Shown piece by piece: positions 36,103 through 45,900 of a stretch of DNA of 64,000 nucleotides. The notes under the pieces were generated by a model that saw only the letters and a program-made list of their open reading frames with translations, did not search any database and was not told the origin of the DNA. The DNA is from Patescibacteria group bacterium. Lineage in GTDB: Bacteria; Patescibacteriota; Microgenomatia; UBA1400; PJMF01. Each line of letters begins with the position of its first letter. Position 1 is the stretch's first letter. Made by a program: the position numbers and the translations under genes. The stretch spans positions 8,333-72,332 of the forward strand of contig JAZQJV010000010.1 in assembly GCA_045541795.1 (NCBI GenBank). The letters run 5' to 3'.

Positions 36103-38511
36103 ATGAGTGAGACAACTACACCAGCACTCTCACGTTCTCCCGCCCCAAAGGGATTTTTTCGCCATTCATCCAAAAAACACGCTCACCCCATTTTACATTT
36201 TTGTTGGACAAGTTTTAAATGGTTATTTATAATTTCCTTAGTCGCAGGTGTGATCGGCACTGGTATCATCGTCTGGAAAGTATCACCGCTCCTACAAGAT
36301 TTACCCTCGCCCGATGAACTTGTCAATGGCAATGCTCGTTTTAGCGTCGCCACACAAATATACGATCGTCACGGCACTCCTCTTTATGATCTGTATGATG
36401 ACGAAAGACGCGTCCCGGTCAAACTCACTGATTTACCGCCATACGTCTACCAAGCCAGCATTGCGATCGAAGACAAAAAATTTTACTCTCATCATGGTTT
36501 TGACCCGAGCGGGATCATGCGCGCTTTTATCGTCAACAAAATCCGCGGCCGCACTGCGCAGGGCGGTTCTACTATCACCCAACAGTTGATGAAAAAAGCC
36601 TTCCTGACCAATGAAAAATCCTATGATCGCAAAATCAAAGAAATTGCCCTAGCCATCATCACCGAGATGCGCTACACCAAAGACCAAATCCTAGAAATGT
36701 ACCTTAATTATATTTCTTACGGCGGTACAGCTGTAGGTATCGGCTCCGCCGCACAAACATATTTTGGCAAAGAAGCAACCGAACTCACCCTGGCTGAAGC
36801 CGCACTTTTGGCCGGTCTGCCGCAGGCGCCCAGTCGTTATTCACCCTTTCAGTCAGACGCCACCGCCGCCAAAAATCGTCAAAAACAAGTCTTAGACAAT
36901 ATGGTGGAGATGGAATTTATCACTAGGGACGAGGCCGATGAAGCTTTTGCCCAGCAGCTCGTCTATACCACCAAAACTATCGACATCCAAGCGCCACACT
37001 GGGTCTTTTACGTCCGCGATTTGCTCATTGATAAATTTGGCGAACAAAAAGTCATGCGCGGCGGACTGCGCGTCACTACCACTCTCGATCTGACGATACA
37101 AGAAGCCGCCGAGGCCACCTTGGCCGCGGAACTCGAAACGCTTGCCAAGCTTGATGTCGGCAACGGTGCTATGCTCATCACCAAGCCCAAAACAGGCGAA
37201 ATTTTAGCAATGGTCGGCTCAAAAAATTACTATGACACCGAGCAAGACGGACAGTTTAACGTCACCACCGCCTTACGCCAGCCTGGTTCCTCGATCAAAC
37301 CTTTAGTTTACGCCACCGCCTTCGAGCAAAAAGCTCTCAACCCCAGCTCTATTTTGCTTGATATTCCCACCTGTTTCCAAAACATCGGTCAAAAAGACTA
37401 CTGTCCCAAAAACTACAATGGCGGTTTTAATGGCCCCACCACCGTGCGCCAGGCGTTAGGAAGTTCACTCAATATTCCTGCTGTCAAAGCGCTGCGAATT
37501 ATTGGGCTGGAAAGTTTTATTTACCAGGCACAAAAAATGGGTATCACTACCTGGACCAACGCCAAAAATTACGGTTGGTCGCTGTCGCTTGGTGGGGGAG
37601 AGGTAAAAATGGTGGATATGGCCGTAGCTTATGGAGCACTGGCCAATATGGGCGTCAAAATGCCAGGACTTGCTCTACTTAAAGTCGAGGATTATCAAGG
37701 CAATGTCCTTTACGAGGCTGACCTGGCCGAGCGAGAAAAACTCGTGACGTATTTACAAGAACACCCCGATCAAAAATTTGAAGACCTTGCCGACGGCGAA
37801 ACCGTCAACCGGGTACTCAGCAATGAAGCCGCTTACCTCACCACCGACATCATGAGAGATGACCGGGCGCGCTGGCTCGGTTTTGGCTCTAATTCGCAGC
37901 TTATGATAAAAAAACGCGATGTAGCAGTAAAAACTGGCACCACCAATGATTTGCGTGACAACTGGACAGTGGGCTTTACCCCAGATCTGCTCAGCATTGT
38001 ATGGGTGGGCAATACTGACTCCAGCCCAATGAACGGTCGGCTTGTCTCTGGCGTCACTGGTGCCGCTCCCATCTGGCACGATATAATGTCTTATTTACTA
38101 GAAAATCAAGAAGATATTGAGTGGCCAGTAGTAGGCGACATCGAAGAAGACATGGTCTGCTGGACAGGCATGCCTCGGCGTGACCAGGATTTTACCTTTA
38201 ATGAAGACGGCACGCCAATGAATGATTCTTGCGGCGAACAGCAAAAGGATAAGTTTTGGGCCGACGGCGCCCCCACCAGATCTGGTATCCGCCGAGAAGC
38301 GATTTATATTTGCTCCAATACCGGCGTCCCTCCAGTCGGCGATGAAGACTGCGGTGAGCTGCAAGCGGGTGACTACACTATTGCCTTTGACCCGCTCACC
38401 AACAGTTATTGCACCGACTGCCCTCGCGCCCGCGACGAAAACGGCAAACTCATTTTTAATCACACCGAGTACATTGGTGAAGAGATTGCCCCCGCCCAAT
38501 ATGGAGATTAA
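36103..38511 (+). CDS. class A penicillin-binding protein (bifunctional transglycosylase/transpeptidase)
   Basis: N-terminal TM segment. GT51 motifs EDKKFYSHHGFD and RQ..GGSTITQQ; transpeptidase SxxK, SxN and KTG(T) motifs. Confidence 0.9.
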   Translation: MSETTTPALSRSPAPKGFFRHSSKKHAHPILHFCWTSFKWLFIISLVAGVIGTGIIVWKVSPLLQDLPSPDELVNGNARFSVATQIYDRHGTPLYDLYDDERRVPVKLTDLPPYVYQASIAIEDKKFYSHHGFDPSGIMRAFIVNKIRGRTAQGGSTITQQLMKKAFLTNEKSYDRKIKEIALAIITEMRYTKDQILEMYLNYISYGGTAVGIGSAAQTYFGKEATELTLAEAALLAGLPQAPSRYSPFQSDATAAKNRQKQVLDNMVEMEFITRDEADEAFAQQLVYTTKTIDIQAPHWVFYVRDLLIDKFGEQKVMRGGLRVTTTLDLTIQEAAEATLAAELETLAKLDVGNGAMLITKPKTGEILAMVGSKNYYDTEQDGQFNVTTALRQPGSSIKPLVYATAFEQKALNPSSILLDIPTCFQNIGQKDYCPKNYNGGFNGPTTVRQALGSSLNIPAVKALRIIGLESFIYQAQKMGITTWTNAKNYGWSLSLGGGEVKMVDMAVAYGALANMGVKMPGLALLKVEDYQGNVLYEADLAEREKLVTYLQEHPDQKFEDLADGETVNRVLSNEAAYLTTDIMRDDRARWLGFGSNSQLMIKKRDVAVKTGTTNDLRDNWTVGFTPDLLSIVWVGNTDSSPMNGRLVSGVTGAAPIWHDIMSYLLENQEDIEWPVVGDIEEDMVCWTGMPRRDQDFTFNEDGTPMNDSCGEQQKDKFWADGAPTRSGIRREAIYICSNTGVPPVGDEDCGELQAGDYTIAFDPLTNSYCTDCPRARDENGKLIFNHTEYIGEEIAPAQYGD

Positions 38512-38553
38512 GCTTGCAATTTATCCGCTCGTAAGTTACAATAAAGACAAGAT

Positions 38554-39870
38554 ATGAAATTACGCCCGTTTTTTATTTCGAGCTTTCTTTTGGGGTTGTG
38601 GTTAGCCGTGCTTTTGGGGATAAGTATCTGGCAAACGCATCAAGTAATTTACCCGATAAATAGGGATTTTTTACAGAAAAAAGACATCCTTGGCGACTAC
38701 ACATACCAAGCAAGCCAGTCTGGCACTGCCAGCGCCAATCTTGGCATTGTCTACGGTTTTTTGCCTTACTGGAGTGTGGATAATTACCAAATTGATGACG
38801 TTGTCTCACATCTAGCCTATTTCCGCCTTGCCGTCGACGCCAAAGGCAATCTGGTAAAAGACGGTGGCGAGAGAATTTATCATTCCAGCCGTTTCCAGCA
38901 AATCCTCGATCAGATCGAAAGACAACGAATGAACTTTGAAGTCACTATTTTCACCTCGCATTCTGATGACATTTATTCTCTTGTCACCTGCAAAAAGTGT
39001 CAAGAAAACCTCATCAGCCAAATTGACGATCTCATCGCCACCGACAGGCTTGATGGCATCAACCTCGATCTAGAGTACCTCGGCTCGCTCACGCCACAAG
39101 AGCGTCAAGACGTCACTTTTTTCCTTTATGACCTCAAAAATATGCTCTTAACCAAGCATCCCCGCACTAAGCTATCTCTGGATGTTTACGGCGGTGCTGC
39201 CAACATGGTAAGTAACCTCTGGGATTTTTCCCAGATCGGCAATATCGTCGATCGCATCATCATCATGGGCTACGACTATAAAACCCGTCGCGCCGATACG
39301 CCTGGCTCATCATCGCCCATTCTCACGGATAATGTCTGGGGTGGGAGCATCTGGGATGACGTCATCAACATGCGCCGCTACATTGACGCCGAAAAAATCA
39401 TCCTCGCGATACCATTCTATGGTTATGCTTGGGAAACAACGTCTTGTGACTTAGCTGATGCCAAGACTTATCCGGGCACTGGCCAAGCGCTTACCTACCG
39501 TGGCGCCCAAAATATCCTCGAAAGTCCGCATTCTGACGCCGTAGAACATTGGGACGAAAGCTCACTCACGCCTTACATCGTCTTCACAGAAGATGGTCAG
39601 CCAAAAGATAGCGACCCTGATACGCCGGCCGAGTCAGTCCCAGAACTGCCCGATCAGGAAGAGACACCAGCCAGCGCTAATGAGACAGAAAGTGAACAAA
39701 CACACGAAAAACGTTGTCATATAGGCTTTTTTGAAAATGCAAGATCTATCAATTATAAAATTGACTTAGTAGAAAATCTCCACCTTGGCGGTATCGCCAT
39801 CTGGGCGCTCGGCTACGAGGGTGATTATCCCGAGTTATGGGAAACTATCGACAGCCGCTTTGGCCACTAA
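38554..39870 (+). CDS. glycoside hydrolase family 18-like protein (signal-anchored)
   Basis: DGINLDLEY matches the GH18 DxxDxDxE catalytic motif. N-terminal TM/signal segment. Confidence 0.65.
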   Translation: MKLRPFFISSFLLGLWLAVLLGISIWQTHQVIYPINRDFLQKKDILGDYTYQASQSGTASANLGIVYGFLPYWSVDNYQIDDVVSHLAYFRLAVDAKGNLVKDGGERIYHSSRFQQILDQIERQRMNFEVTIFTSHSDDIYSLVTCKKCQENLISQIDDLIATDRLDGINLDLEYLGSLTPQERQDVTFFLYDLKNMLLTKHPRTKLSLDVYGGAANMVSNLWDFSQIGNIVDRIIIMGYDYKTRRADTPGSSSPILTDNVWGGSIWDDVINMRRYIDAEKIILAIPFYGYAWETTSCDLADAKTYPGTGQALTYRGAQNILESPHSDAVEHWDESSLTPYIVFTEDGQPKDSDPDTPAESVPELPDQEETPASANETESEQTHEKRCHIGFFENARSINYKIDLVENLHLGGIAIWALGYEGDYPELWETIDSRFGH

Positions 39871-41150
39871 CCCTTGATCACGAAATCCTTGAGATCCTTA
39901 CGCCCGAGGTGAATTTTGTACTTACTCTTATCCAGCTGGCGTGATACCAGCATACTGGTCTTCACTTTCTTGCCCTTAATGACAAAATTTACCTCGATCA
40001 CCGGCTGTTTTTCACCACTTTCACTTTTTTGTACCCAGAGCAAATCTTCCGGCGCCAAAAGCCCCAGCTCGGTCGCCAGCTCACGGGAAATGCAGCTGCG
40101 CGAGCGTTTGGTATTGACAAAAAACTCTTGCTGACGACGGTTTTTCTTACCCAGGATCAACTCACCTGTGCTTACAATTTCTATTTCTGCCCGCTCGCTT
40201 GGCGGCGTGAATTTTTCGGCCAAACTCGAACGGAACATAGCCTGAGCGATTTTGAGGCCATGCTCCGGGGAAAGTACCTGCAAATCCTTGATCCGTTCCA
40301 ATCGTCGCCGCAAACCTTTATGATTTGCCAACTGGATAGATAGTCCCGGACTAGTATTAAGTTCCACTACAATCGGCCCTTTGTTTTTGTCAATAAAAAT
40401 ATCTACACCAGAGTAATAAGCACCAGACACATTGGCTGCTTTAATCGCCGTCAGCAAAATATCTTGCCAATGCGGCACCAAAAATCCGGCCAATTTTTTC
40501 TTTGTGCCTGGCACATAGGTAATCGGCCGCCCGCCACCAGTGATCGCCGTAGTGGTAATCCCTGTAGCCAGATCTACACCTACGCCCATCGCTCCTTGAT
40601 GCAGATTTGCCCGGCCTTCACTTTCTTTGGTTGGCAACCGCAACATCGCCATTACCGGTACGCTATTGTACACGATCACGCGCACATCTGGCGTCCCTTT
40701 ATAGCAAAACTTCACCAGCTGCGGATGGATTTCCACCCGTTCCTCGATAATCACTGACGTCTCCACGCCTGGATGAGAACTGTATTTGCCCTCCAAAATA
40801 TCCAAGCAATGAGTCTTCATTGCCTCCAGCGTCCAGCGGCCGCCCATAGTATCAATCGCACTGCCATCACTATCTCGACTCTTAAATACAGCGATCCCTT
40901 TACCGCCGCTACCGTTACTCGGTTTGATCACAAAATTACCAGTAAGCTTATTCCAGTCAAAATCAGCAACATCATCATGATTTGCCAAAATCGCGATGAT
41001 CTTGGCCACGTTGATGCCGTTTTTTTCCATTAGTTCTTTAGTCAAGAACTTACTATTGGCAATTTTGCGTGCACTTTTACTATTTTTACTGGTGTAAAGG
41101 CGATTCCTTGCGTTCATGCCCAGGATCTCGCGAGTATTAAGACCGTACAT
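39867..41150 (-). CDS. ATP-grasp ligase (RimK-related, alpha-L-glutamate-ligase-like) fused to a C-terminal retropepsin-like domain (probably inactive)
   Basis: N-terminus GMNARNRLYTSKNSKSARKIANSKFLTKELMEKNGI resembles the alpha-L-glutamate ligase-like family. ATP-grasp core present. C-terminal ~120 aa resemble the RimK-associated putative zinc protease (pfam05618-like) domain, with the DTG position replaced by NTK and the end conserved as KIHLGRKDL. Confidence 0.65.
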   Translation of the reverse strand: MYGLNTREILGMNARNRLYTSKNSKSARKIANSKFLTKELMEKNGINVAKIIAILANHDDVADFDWNKLTGNFVIKPSNGSGGKGIAVFKSRDSDGSAIDTMGGRWTLEAMKTHCLDILEGKYSSHPGVETSVIIEERVEIHPQLVKFCYKGTPDVRVIVYNSVPVMAMLRLPTKESEGRANLHQGAMGVGVDLATGITTTAITGGGRPITYVPGTKKKLAGFLVPHWQDILLTAIKAANVSGAYYSGVDIFIDKNKGPIVVELNTSPGLSIQLANHKGLRRRLERIKDLQVLSPEHGLKIAQAMFRSSLAEKFTPPSERAEIEIVSTGELILGKKNRRQQEFFVNTKRSRSCISRELATELGLLAPEDLLWVQKSESGEKQPVIEVNFVIKGKKVKTSMLVSRQLDKSKYKIHLGRKDLKDFVIKG

Positions 41151-41156
41151 AAAGGT

Positions 41157-42095
41157 TTACTCCTTCTTCACTAAAGCCTTAAAACGGAAAAGCTCCATCA
41201 GCCGTAAACCGTTATAGCGGCCGATCAGCAAATCAATCACCAGGGTAAAAACCAGCGTCCAGCCCGGATAAACGATAGCAAATCGCTGCACATTGTCACT
41301 ATTGATGATCACCGCTGCTACCACTGCCAAAATCAATGTTTCTACCGTCAGGCGTACTGCTTCTTTGGTAGAAGAAATTAGCTGAGTACTGGTGAAGTTT
41401 TCTGACAGCGAAATCAACGTCAAAAGCGGGAAAATACTCAAGCTAAAAAAGCTGGTAAATCCGCCATAACTAGACAAGATCAAGAAGGCAATCACGCTCA
41501 CGCATACACCCCACAAAATCAGTGATGTTTTGGGCAAGTGAGCCAGATTGAGCTTTTTCATCAATTTTTGCAGTAATACCGAGACAAAAACAATCATCAC
41601 AAAGCATAAAATGCCAATCGGGATACCGGTAGACGCCAACGCCACCGACAGCACAGCTGGTGTGTAAATACCAAAACCCCGCAGACCCACGACGTGGCGC
41701 GAAAAAGCGATCACGCTCGACACCAAGGGGAAAAGGATCAAAAGAGCCAGCAAAGTACTCGGCAAACCGCGATTGACCGCTCCCCGCACAAAATGACTTA
41801 TAAAATTATTCCAAGACAAGGGCGTTTCTGGCTGTTCCAGAAGATGAGTGGTCAGCTGTTCCATCTTGCTACCCGCAGTTTCGGTGACGTCCTGATCTTT
41901 GCGTTCCTGGATCAGCTGTCTGGTCTCTCTGATGACCACACTGGCGCTCCCGCTGGCTTGCGCCTGTGCTGTCGCTTCCAGCGCTGCTGGCACTCGCATT
42001 GGTTGTATCAGTTCGCCCGACTGCTGGGCAGCAACTGTCACGACACCACTAAAAAGTAGGGTCGCTGTCATTAATGATAATATTACTTTTTTCAT
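41157..42095 (-). CDS. 7-TM membrane protein (7TM_transglut-like partner of the ATP-grasp ligase)
   Basis: Signal peptide, ~90-aa periplasmic segment, then 7 hydrophobic helices. 6-nt gap to the ATP-grasp gene. Confidence 0.55.
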   Translation of the reverse strand: MKKVILSLMTATLLFSGVVTVAAQQSGELIQPMRVPAALEATAQAQASGSASVVIRETRQLIQERKDQDVTETAGSKMEQLTTHLLEQPETPLSWNNFISHFVRGAVNRGLPSTLLALLILFPLVSSVIAFSRHVVGLRGFGIYTPAVLSVALASTGIPIGILCFVMIVFVSVLLQKLMKKLNLAHLPKTSLILWGVCVSVIAFLILSSYGGFTSFFSLSIFPLLTLISLSENFTSTQLISSTKEAVRLTVETLILAVVAAVIINSDNVQRFAIVYPGWTLVFTLVIDLLIGRYNGLRLMELFRFKALVKKE

Positions 42096-42105
42096 AATAC
42101 CCCAT

Positions 42106-42116
42106 AATTATACCAC
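42106..42116 (-). promoter_or_regulatory. extended -10 TGTGGTATAAT, 10 nt before the 7TM gene ATG
   Basis: Reverse complement of 42106-42116. Confidence 0.5.
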
Positions 42117-42288
42117 AAAGTGTTCAATTTGTCAAGATCTTTATCCCGATCTGGTGCAAAACTCATCAATTCCGCACCAATTCCTTGCATTATACCGCAA
42201 AACTATACACTTTCACTACGCACTTTTCTTGCAAAATTTGCGCAGAAATGCTCTTGACTTTGAAGCTTAAATAATGTTTAATATAAGC

Positions 42289-42969
42289 ATGAGCAAAACC
42301 AAAACCTCCACCCAGCTAAAAAACACCGATCGTAGCACCTTAATCCAGCAAACCCGTGTCCATGTCCCCAGGCTCAAAACCGACTGGCACCTCGATCGGA
42401 TTGCCTTTTTTGGTAGTGCAGACATCGGTCCCGAGCATCCGGTCTATCAAGATGCTTTCGCCTGCGCCCAAGAACTTGCCAGTCACGGCAAAATCATTGT
42501 CAATGGCGGTGGGCCAGGCGTGATGCAAGCCTCCACTCAAGGCGCTGAGTCCGTTGGCGGCCAAATTATCGGTGTCACTTTATACAATCCCAAAGATCTG
42601 CCGGAATTTGAAGGTCAATCCAAAGACAATCACCTTACACTCGAGATCCGCACCCGCAATTATATCGAACGAATGTTTGGTCTCATGTCCCAGGCTGACG
42701 CTTTCGTGTGTTTTTATGGCGGTACCGGGACGCTTTCAGAATGGGCCACTGCCTGGTTACTTGCTCATTTATACTACGGCAACCACAAACCCTTAGTCCT
42801 TTACGGCAGTTTTTGGTTTGACGTCATGGAGGCGATCAATCGCAATTTTTTAATTGGCGAAAAGGAACGTAACGTTTATCGGATCGTGGAAAACAAAAAT
42901 CAGCTTATTGCTGTCATTGAAGGATTGGAAAAGGAATATCAAGTACTCTTAGAAAAAAATAAAACATGA
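42289..42969 (+). CDS. LOG-family protein (cytokinin riboside 5'-monophosphate phosphoribohydrolase-like / TIGR00730)
   Basis: GGGPGVM and GGTGTLSE motifs. Start set at MSKTKT, 4 nt after a taatat -10; the track ATG at 42274 is an alternative. Confidence 0.75.
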   Translation: MSKTKTSTQLKNTDRSTLIQQTRVHVPRLKTDWHLDRIAFFGSADIGPEHPVYQDAFACAQELASHGKIIVNGGGPGVMQASTQGAESVGGQIIGVTLYNPKDLPEFEGQSKDNHLTLEIRTRNYIERMFGLMSQADAFVCFYGGTGTLSEWATAWLLAHLYYGNHKPLVLYGSFWFDVMEAINRNFLIGEKERNVYRIVENKNQLIAVIEGLEKEYQVLLEKNKT

Positions 42970-43874
42970 AAAAAATCACTACCATTGGTGCCGCTCTCGT
43001 CGATATTTACCTGGATTCAACCAGTTTTGCCCCTCAGGATACTGGAGATGGGCGCTTTTTATGTCAGCCATACGGCCACAAAATAGAAATCAGCGATCAT
43101 GCCGTCACATCTGGCGGTGCTGCCACCAACGTCGCCGTCGCCCTCGCCCGGCGTGGTCATGACGTCAGCATTGTCGCCGAACTTGGACGTGACCAATTTG
43201 CCATGATGATCAAATCAGAACTCATCCGTGAAAATGTAGACACTCATTACCTTATCCAGGAAAAAGCCGAAAAAACCGGTTGCAGCGTCATTTTACGCGG
43301 CCCAGATGGTGGGCGTACAGTCATGGTCTCACGCTCCGCCGCCGCGATGCTCGATGACTATGACATCCCGCTCAAATACCTGCGCTCACGTGACTGGATC
43401 CACTTAAGCAGTGTCGGCGGCAACCTCAACGCACTTAGTGAAATCTGGAAGGTTTTTGACAATACAGACATGAGTTTTTCCTGGAATCCTGGCAAAAAAG
43501 AACTAGAACTGCTCGTCAGCGGCGAGCTAGCCATACCTCAGACGCCAGCATCAATGTTTTTTGTCAACTCCGAAGAGTGGGCAATGGTGCCTTCTATCCA
43601 GCCGCGACTGTTAGACAGCTTCAAATATGTCATAGTCACGGGCGGCGAAACCGGTGGTATCGTCTATGTAGATGGGCAAAAATTTGCGGATTACCAAGCA
43701 ATTTCTCACGGCCAAGCGGTAGAAGTCACCGGTGCTGGCGACGCTTTTGCTTCAGGCTTTATCAGCACGATCCTGTATGACCGACCACCAGCAGAAGCGA
43801 TCATGGCGGCCGTCAATAATGCTGACTCCGTGATCCGTTACATCGGTGCCAAGCAAGGTTTACTTAGTTTCTAG
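42966..43874 (+). CDS. PfkB-family carbohydrate/nucleoside kinase
   Basis: GGAATNVAVALARRG and DVTGAGDAFASGF motifs. Confidence 0.8.
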   Translation: MKKITTIGAALVDIYLDSTSFAPQDTGDGRFLCQPYGHKIEISDHAVTSGGAATNVAVALARRGHDVSIVAELGRDQFAMMIKSELIRENVDTHYLIQEKAEKTGCSVILRGPDGGRTVMVSRSAAAMLDDYDIPLKYLRSRDWIHLSSVGGNLNALSEIWKVFDNTDMSFSWNPGKKELELLVSGELAIPQTPASMFFVNSEEWAMVPSIQPRLLDSFKYVIVTGGETGGIVYVDGQKFADYQAISHGQAVEVTGAGDAFASGFISTILYDRPPAEAIMAAVNNADSVIRYIGAKQGLLSF

Positions 43875-45704
43875 TACTGGAGAGCAAAAAGTATCCCGGT
43901 ACCAGTCGAGATCAACGATATAAGCCAGTAAATTGGCTTCATTGACTGATCTGATCGGCCAGGCGCGTGGTAAACTTTTTGCCAGCGCTAATTCTGCCGG
44001 CGTCTTATCTTCGATCGACACCAGATAGCGGTCGATTTCATCTATCAGTTCTCCGTCTTGTTCTACAAAAAGCGTCAGTCCACCGCCTGAGGAAGCCTCA
44101 CTACTGCAGGCCAGCGATTTTACCGATTGCTCACTCTGGAAATAACGTCCGCCCAAGCAGACAGCATGACGCCACCCCGTCGGTTCACGCTGCCCCCAGA
44201 CAATATTTTCTTGGAAATAGCGCGGATCCATTTTGGTATCAAAAGCCAAAAACATGAGTACATCGGGATAATTTACATGATAATAAACCGTTTGCGGTTG
44301 TTGGCGCTCTACCGTCTCATCTATTCGTGCCACGTGACCTAAGGTTTGCCAGTCATTTTTAAAGTAATGATAACCATAATAAGTCGTCAAAAAACTCACA
44401 CCGTCAGCCACCGTCGCCACACTCACCAGACATGCAAGCACCAAGAAAACGCGACGAGTTGCCAAGGTAGTAACATTTTGCTGATACCAGCCAAGCAAAT
44501 ATTCGCTACCCCACGAGAAAAGCAAAAAGATGACCGGGAAAACCGCCGACAGCCGCACTTTTTGCGCGTTGCCCATCAGTATCGCTGGCGTCACGCTTGC
44601 CAACAATAACACTAGTAAAAGCCCGGCTAAAGTCCTTCTTTCACCTTTTCCCCGTACTAAGGTCACCACACAGGGGATCAGGCCTGCCACTGCCCCCAAA
44701 TAGACCACAAGCGGCACTTGACCGAAACCACTCACTTGATACATCGGCTCATTTTCACCAGCAAGTCCCATGAAATCTATACCGAGTGCTGACCACCAGC
44801 CATTGATCAAAGATTTACTACCAAGCGTCAGCTTATTAAAAACCAGATCGCACCAGGCTCGCGGGATCCGCCCTTGCAAAGCACAAAAAGTCCGTTTTTC
44901 ATTGATTTCCAACGTCAAACCAGCCAGCTGCCCACTGCCCACCTGCGATAAACGGGCCAAATTAGAGTTTACTTTAGTACCTATCACTAGCGGTAAAATA
45001 AGCACCGCACTCAAAACCAAACTCAAGCCGATCACGCGTTTTTTCTCACGCCAGGCTGGATCACGCCAGGCCACCGCCAACATCACCAGGCAGACTACCG
45101 CGCTAATCAGTCGGTAGGGGACATAAAAATACCACGCTCCCGCAAACCCAATCGACCACAACACCACCGCCGACCAAGGTATTTTTTGCCGCTCAGGTTT
45201 TGTCAAGCTGATCTGCCCCAGGCCAATCAAACCCAATACTAGACACCCCATCGCCAGATTGCTCTCCCACGCTCCACGACCCAATATAAATGGCGCTGGC
45301 GCCAGCGCCCACAAAATACTGCTCAGCAAAGCCGTCTTCGGGCCAGCACCCCAGGAGCGCACCAAATAATAAATCATCACCACTAGAGCACAGCTCATCA
45401 AAGCACTCGGCAAGCGGGTGGTCCACAGATTTAAACCCCAGCGCGCCACCAGCGGTAAAATCAAATATACCTGCCCTGGCAATTTTTGATCACCATAAGC
45501 CTCAAAAATCAGCGGCCAGGAAACGCCGTGTTCGTCCTTGCCAGTCTGTGCCAGGCTGTAAGCGATATAGCCAAAATTCACTTCATCAACTGTGGCTCCT
45601 GCCGGGATTTGGTCTAATTTTGCCAGGCGCAAGAAACATACTGCCACCAGACACAAGCCAATAATTGCTTTTTTGAGCCACATGCTCCAGTTTTTCTCTT
45701 TCAT
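43860..45704 (-). CDS. GT-C family membrane glycosyltransferase (GT39/ArnT/PMT_2-like)
   Basis: Polytopic, with a first-loop DE-containing motif (TVDEVNFGYIAYSL). Start moved to MKEKNW, 7 nt after the -10. Confidence 0.7.
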   Translation of the reverse strand: MKEKNWSMWLKKAIIGLCLVAVCFLRLAKLDQIPAGATVDEVNFGYIAYSLAQTGKDEHGVSWPLIFEAYGDQKLPGQVYLILPLVARWGLNLWTTRLPSALMSCALVVMIYYLVRSWGAGPKTALLSSILWALAPAPFILGRGAWESNLAMGCLVLGLIGLGQISLTKPERQKIPWSAVVLWSIGFAGAWYFYVPYRLISAVVCLVMLAVAWRDPAWREKKRVIGLSLVLSAVLILPLVIGTKVNSNLARLSQVGSGQLAGLTLEINEKRTFCALQGRIPRAWCDLVFNKLTLGSKSLINGWWSALGIDFMGLAGENEPMYQVSGFGQVPLVVYLGAVAGLIPCVVTLVRGKGERRTLAGLLLVLLLASVTPAILMGNAQKVRLSAVFPVIFLLFSWGSEYLLGWYQQNVTTLATRRVFLVLACLVSVATVADGVSFLTTYYGYHYFKNDWQTLGHVARIDETVERQQPQTVYYHVNYPDVLMFLAFDTKMDPRYFQENIVWGQREPTGWRHAVCLGGRYFQSEQSVKSLACSSEASSGGGLTLFVEQDGELIDEIDRYLVSIEDKTPAELALAKSLPRAWPIRSVNEANLLAYIVDLDWYRDTFCSPVLETK

Positions 45705-45711
45705 GAGCCTG

Positions 45712-45722
45712 ATTATACTACA
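45712..45722 (-). promoter_or_regulatory. extended -10 (TGTAGTATAAT) for the GT39-like gene (leaderless)
   Basis: Reverse complement of 45712-45722. Confidence 0.5.
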
Positions 45723-45753
45723 AAAAAAGTAAAAACAAGAGGCAAATTGCGGC

Positions 45754-45840
45754 AATTATGCGGAAATAATCCTATAATATAATTATTGTTGCAATATTTG
45801 CGTGAATAATGCGGTAATTATGCGATAATAACCCCATAAT
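45754..45840. repeat. imperfect tandem repeats containing AATTATGCG and (T/C)CC(T/C)ATAAT in the divergent miaB/GT39 control region
   Basis: aattatgcg at 45754-45762 and 45816-45824; aataatgcg at 45805-45813; tcctataatat at 45770-45780; ccccataat at 45832-45840. Confidence 0.45.
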
Positions 45841-45885
45841 TTATAATTATATACATTAAATCTCTTCCATTTCTGGTGATTATTG

Positions 45886-45894
45886 TGTTATAAT
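45886..45894 (+). promoter_or_regulatory. extended -10 (GTGTTATAAT), 6 nt before the miaB ATG (leaderless)
   Basis: tataat at 45889-45894; ATG at 45901. Confidence 0.55.
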
Positions 45895-45900
45895 ATATGT

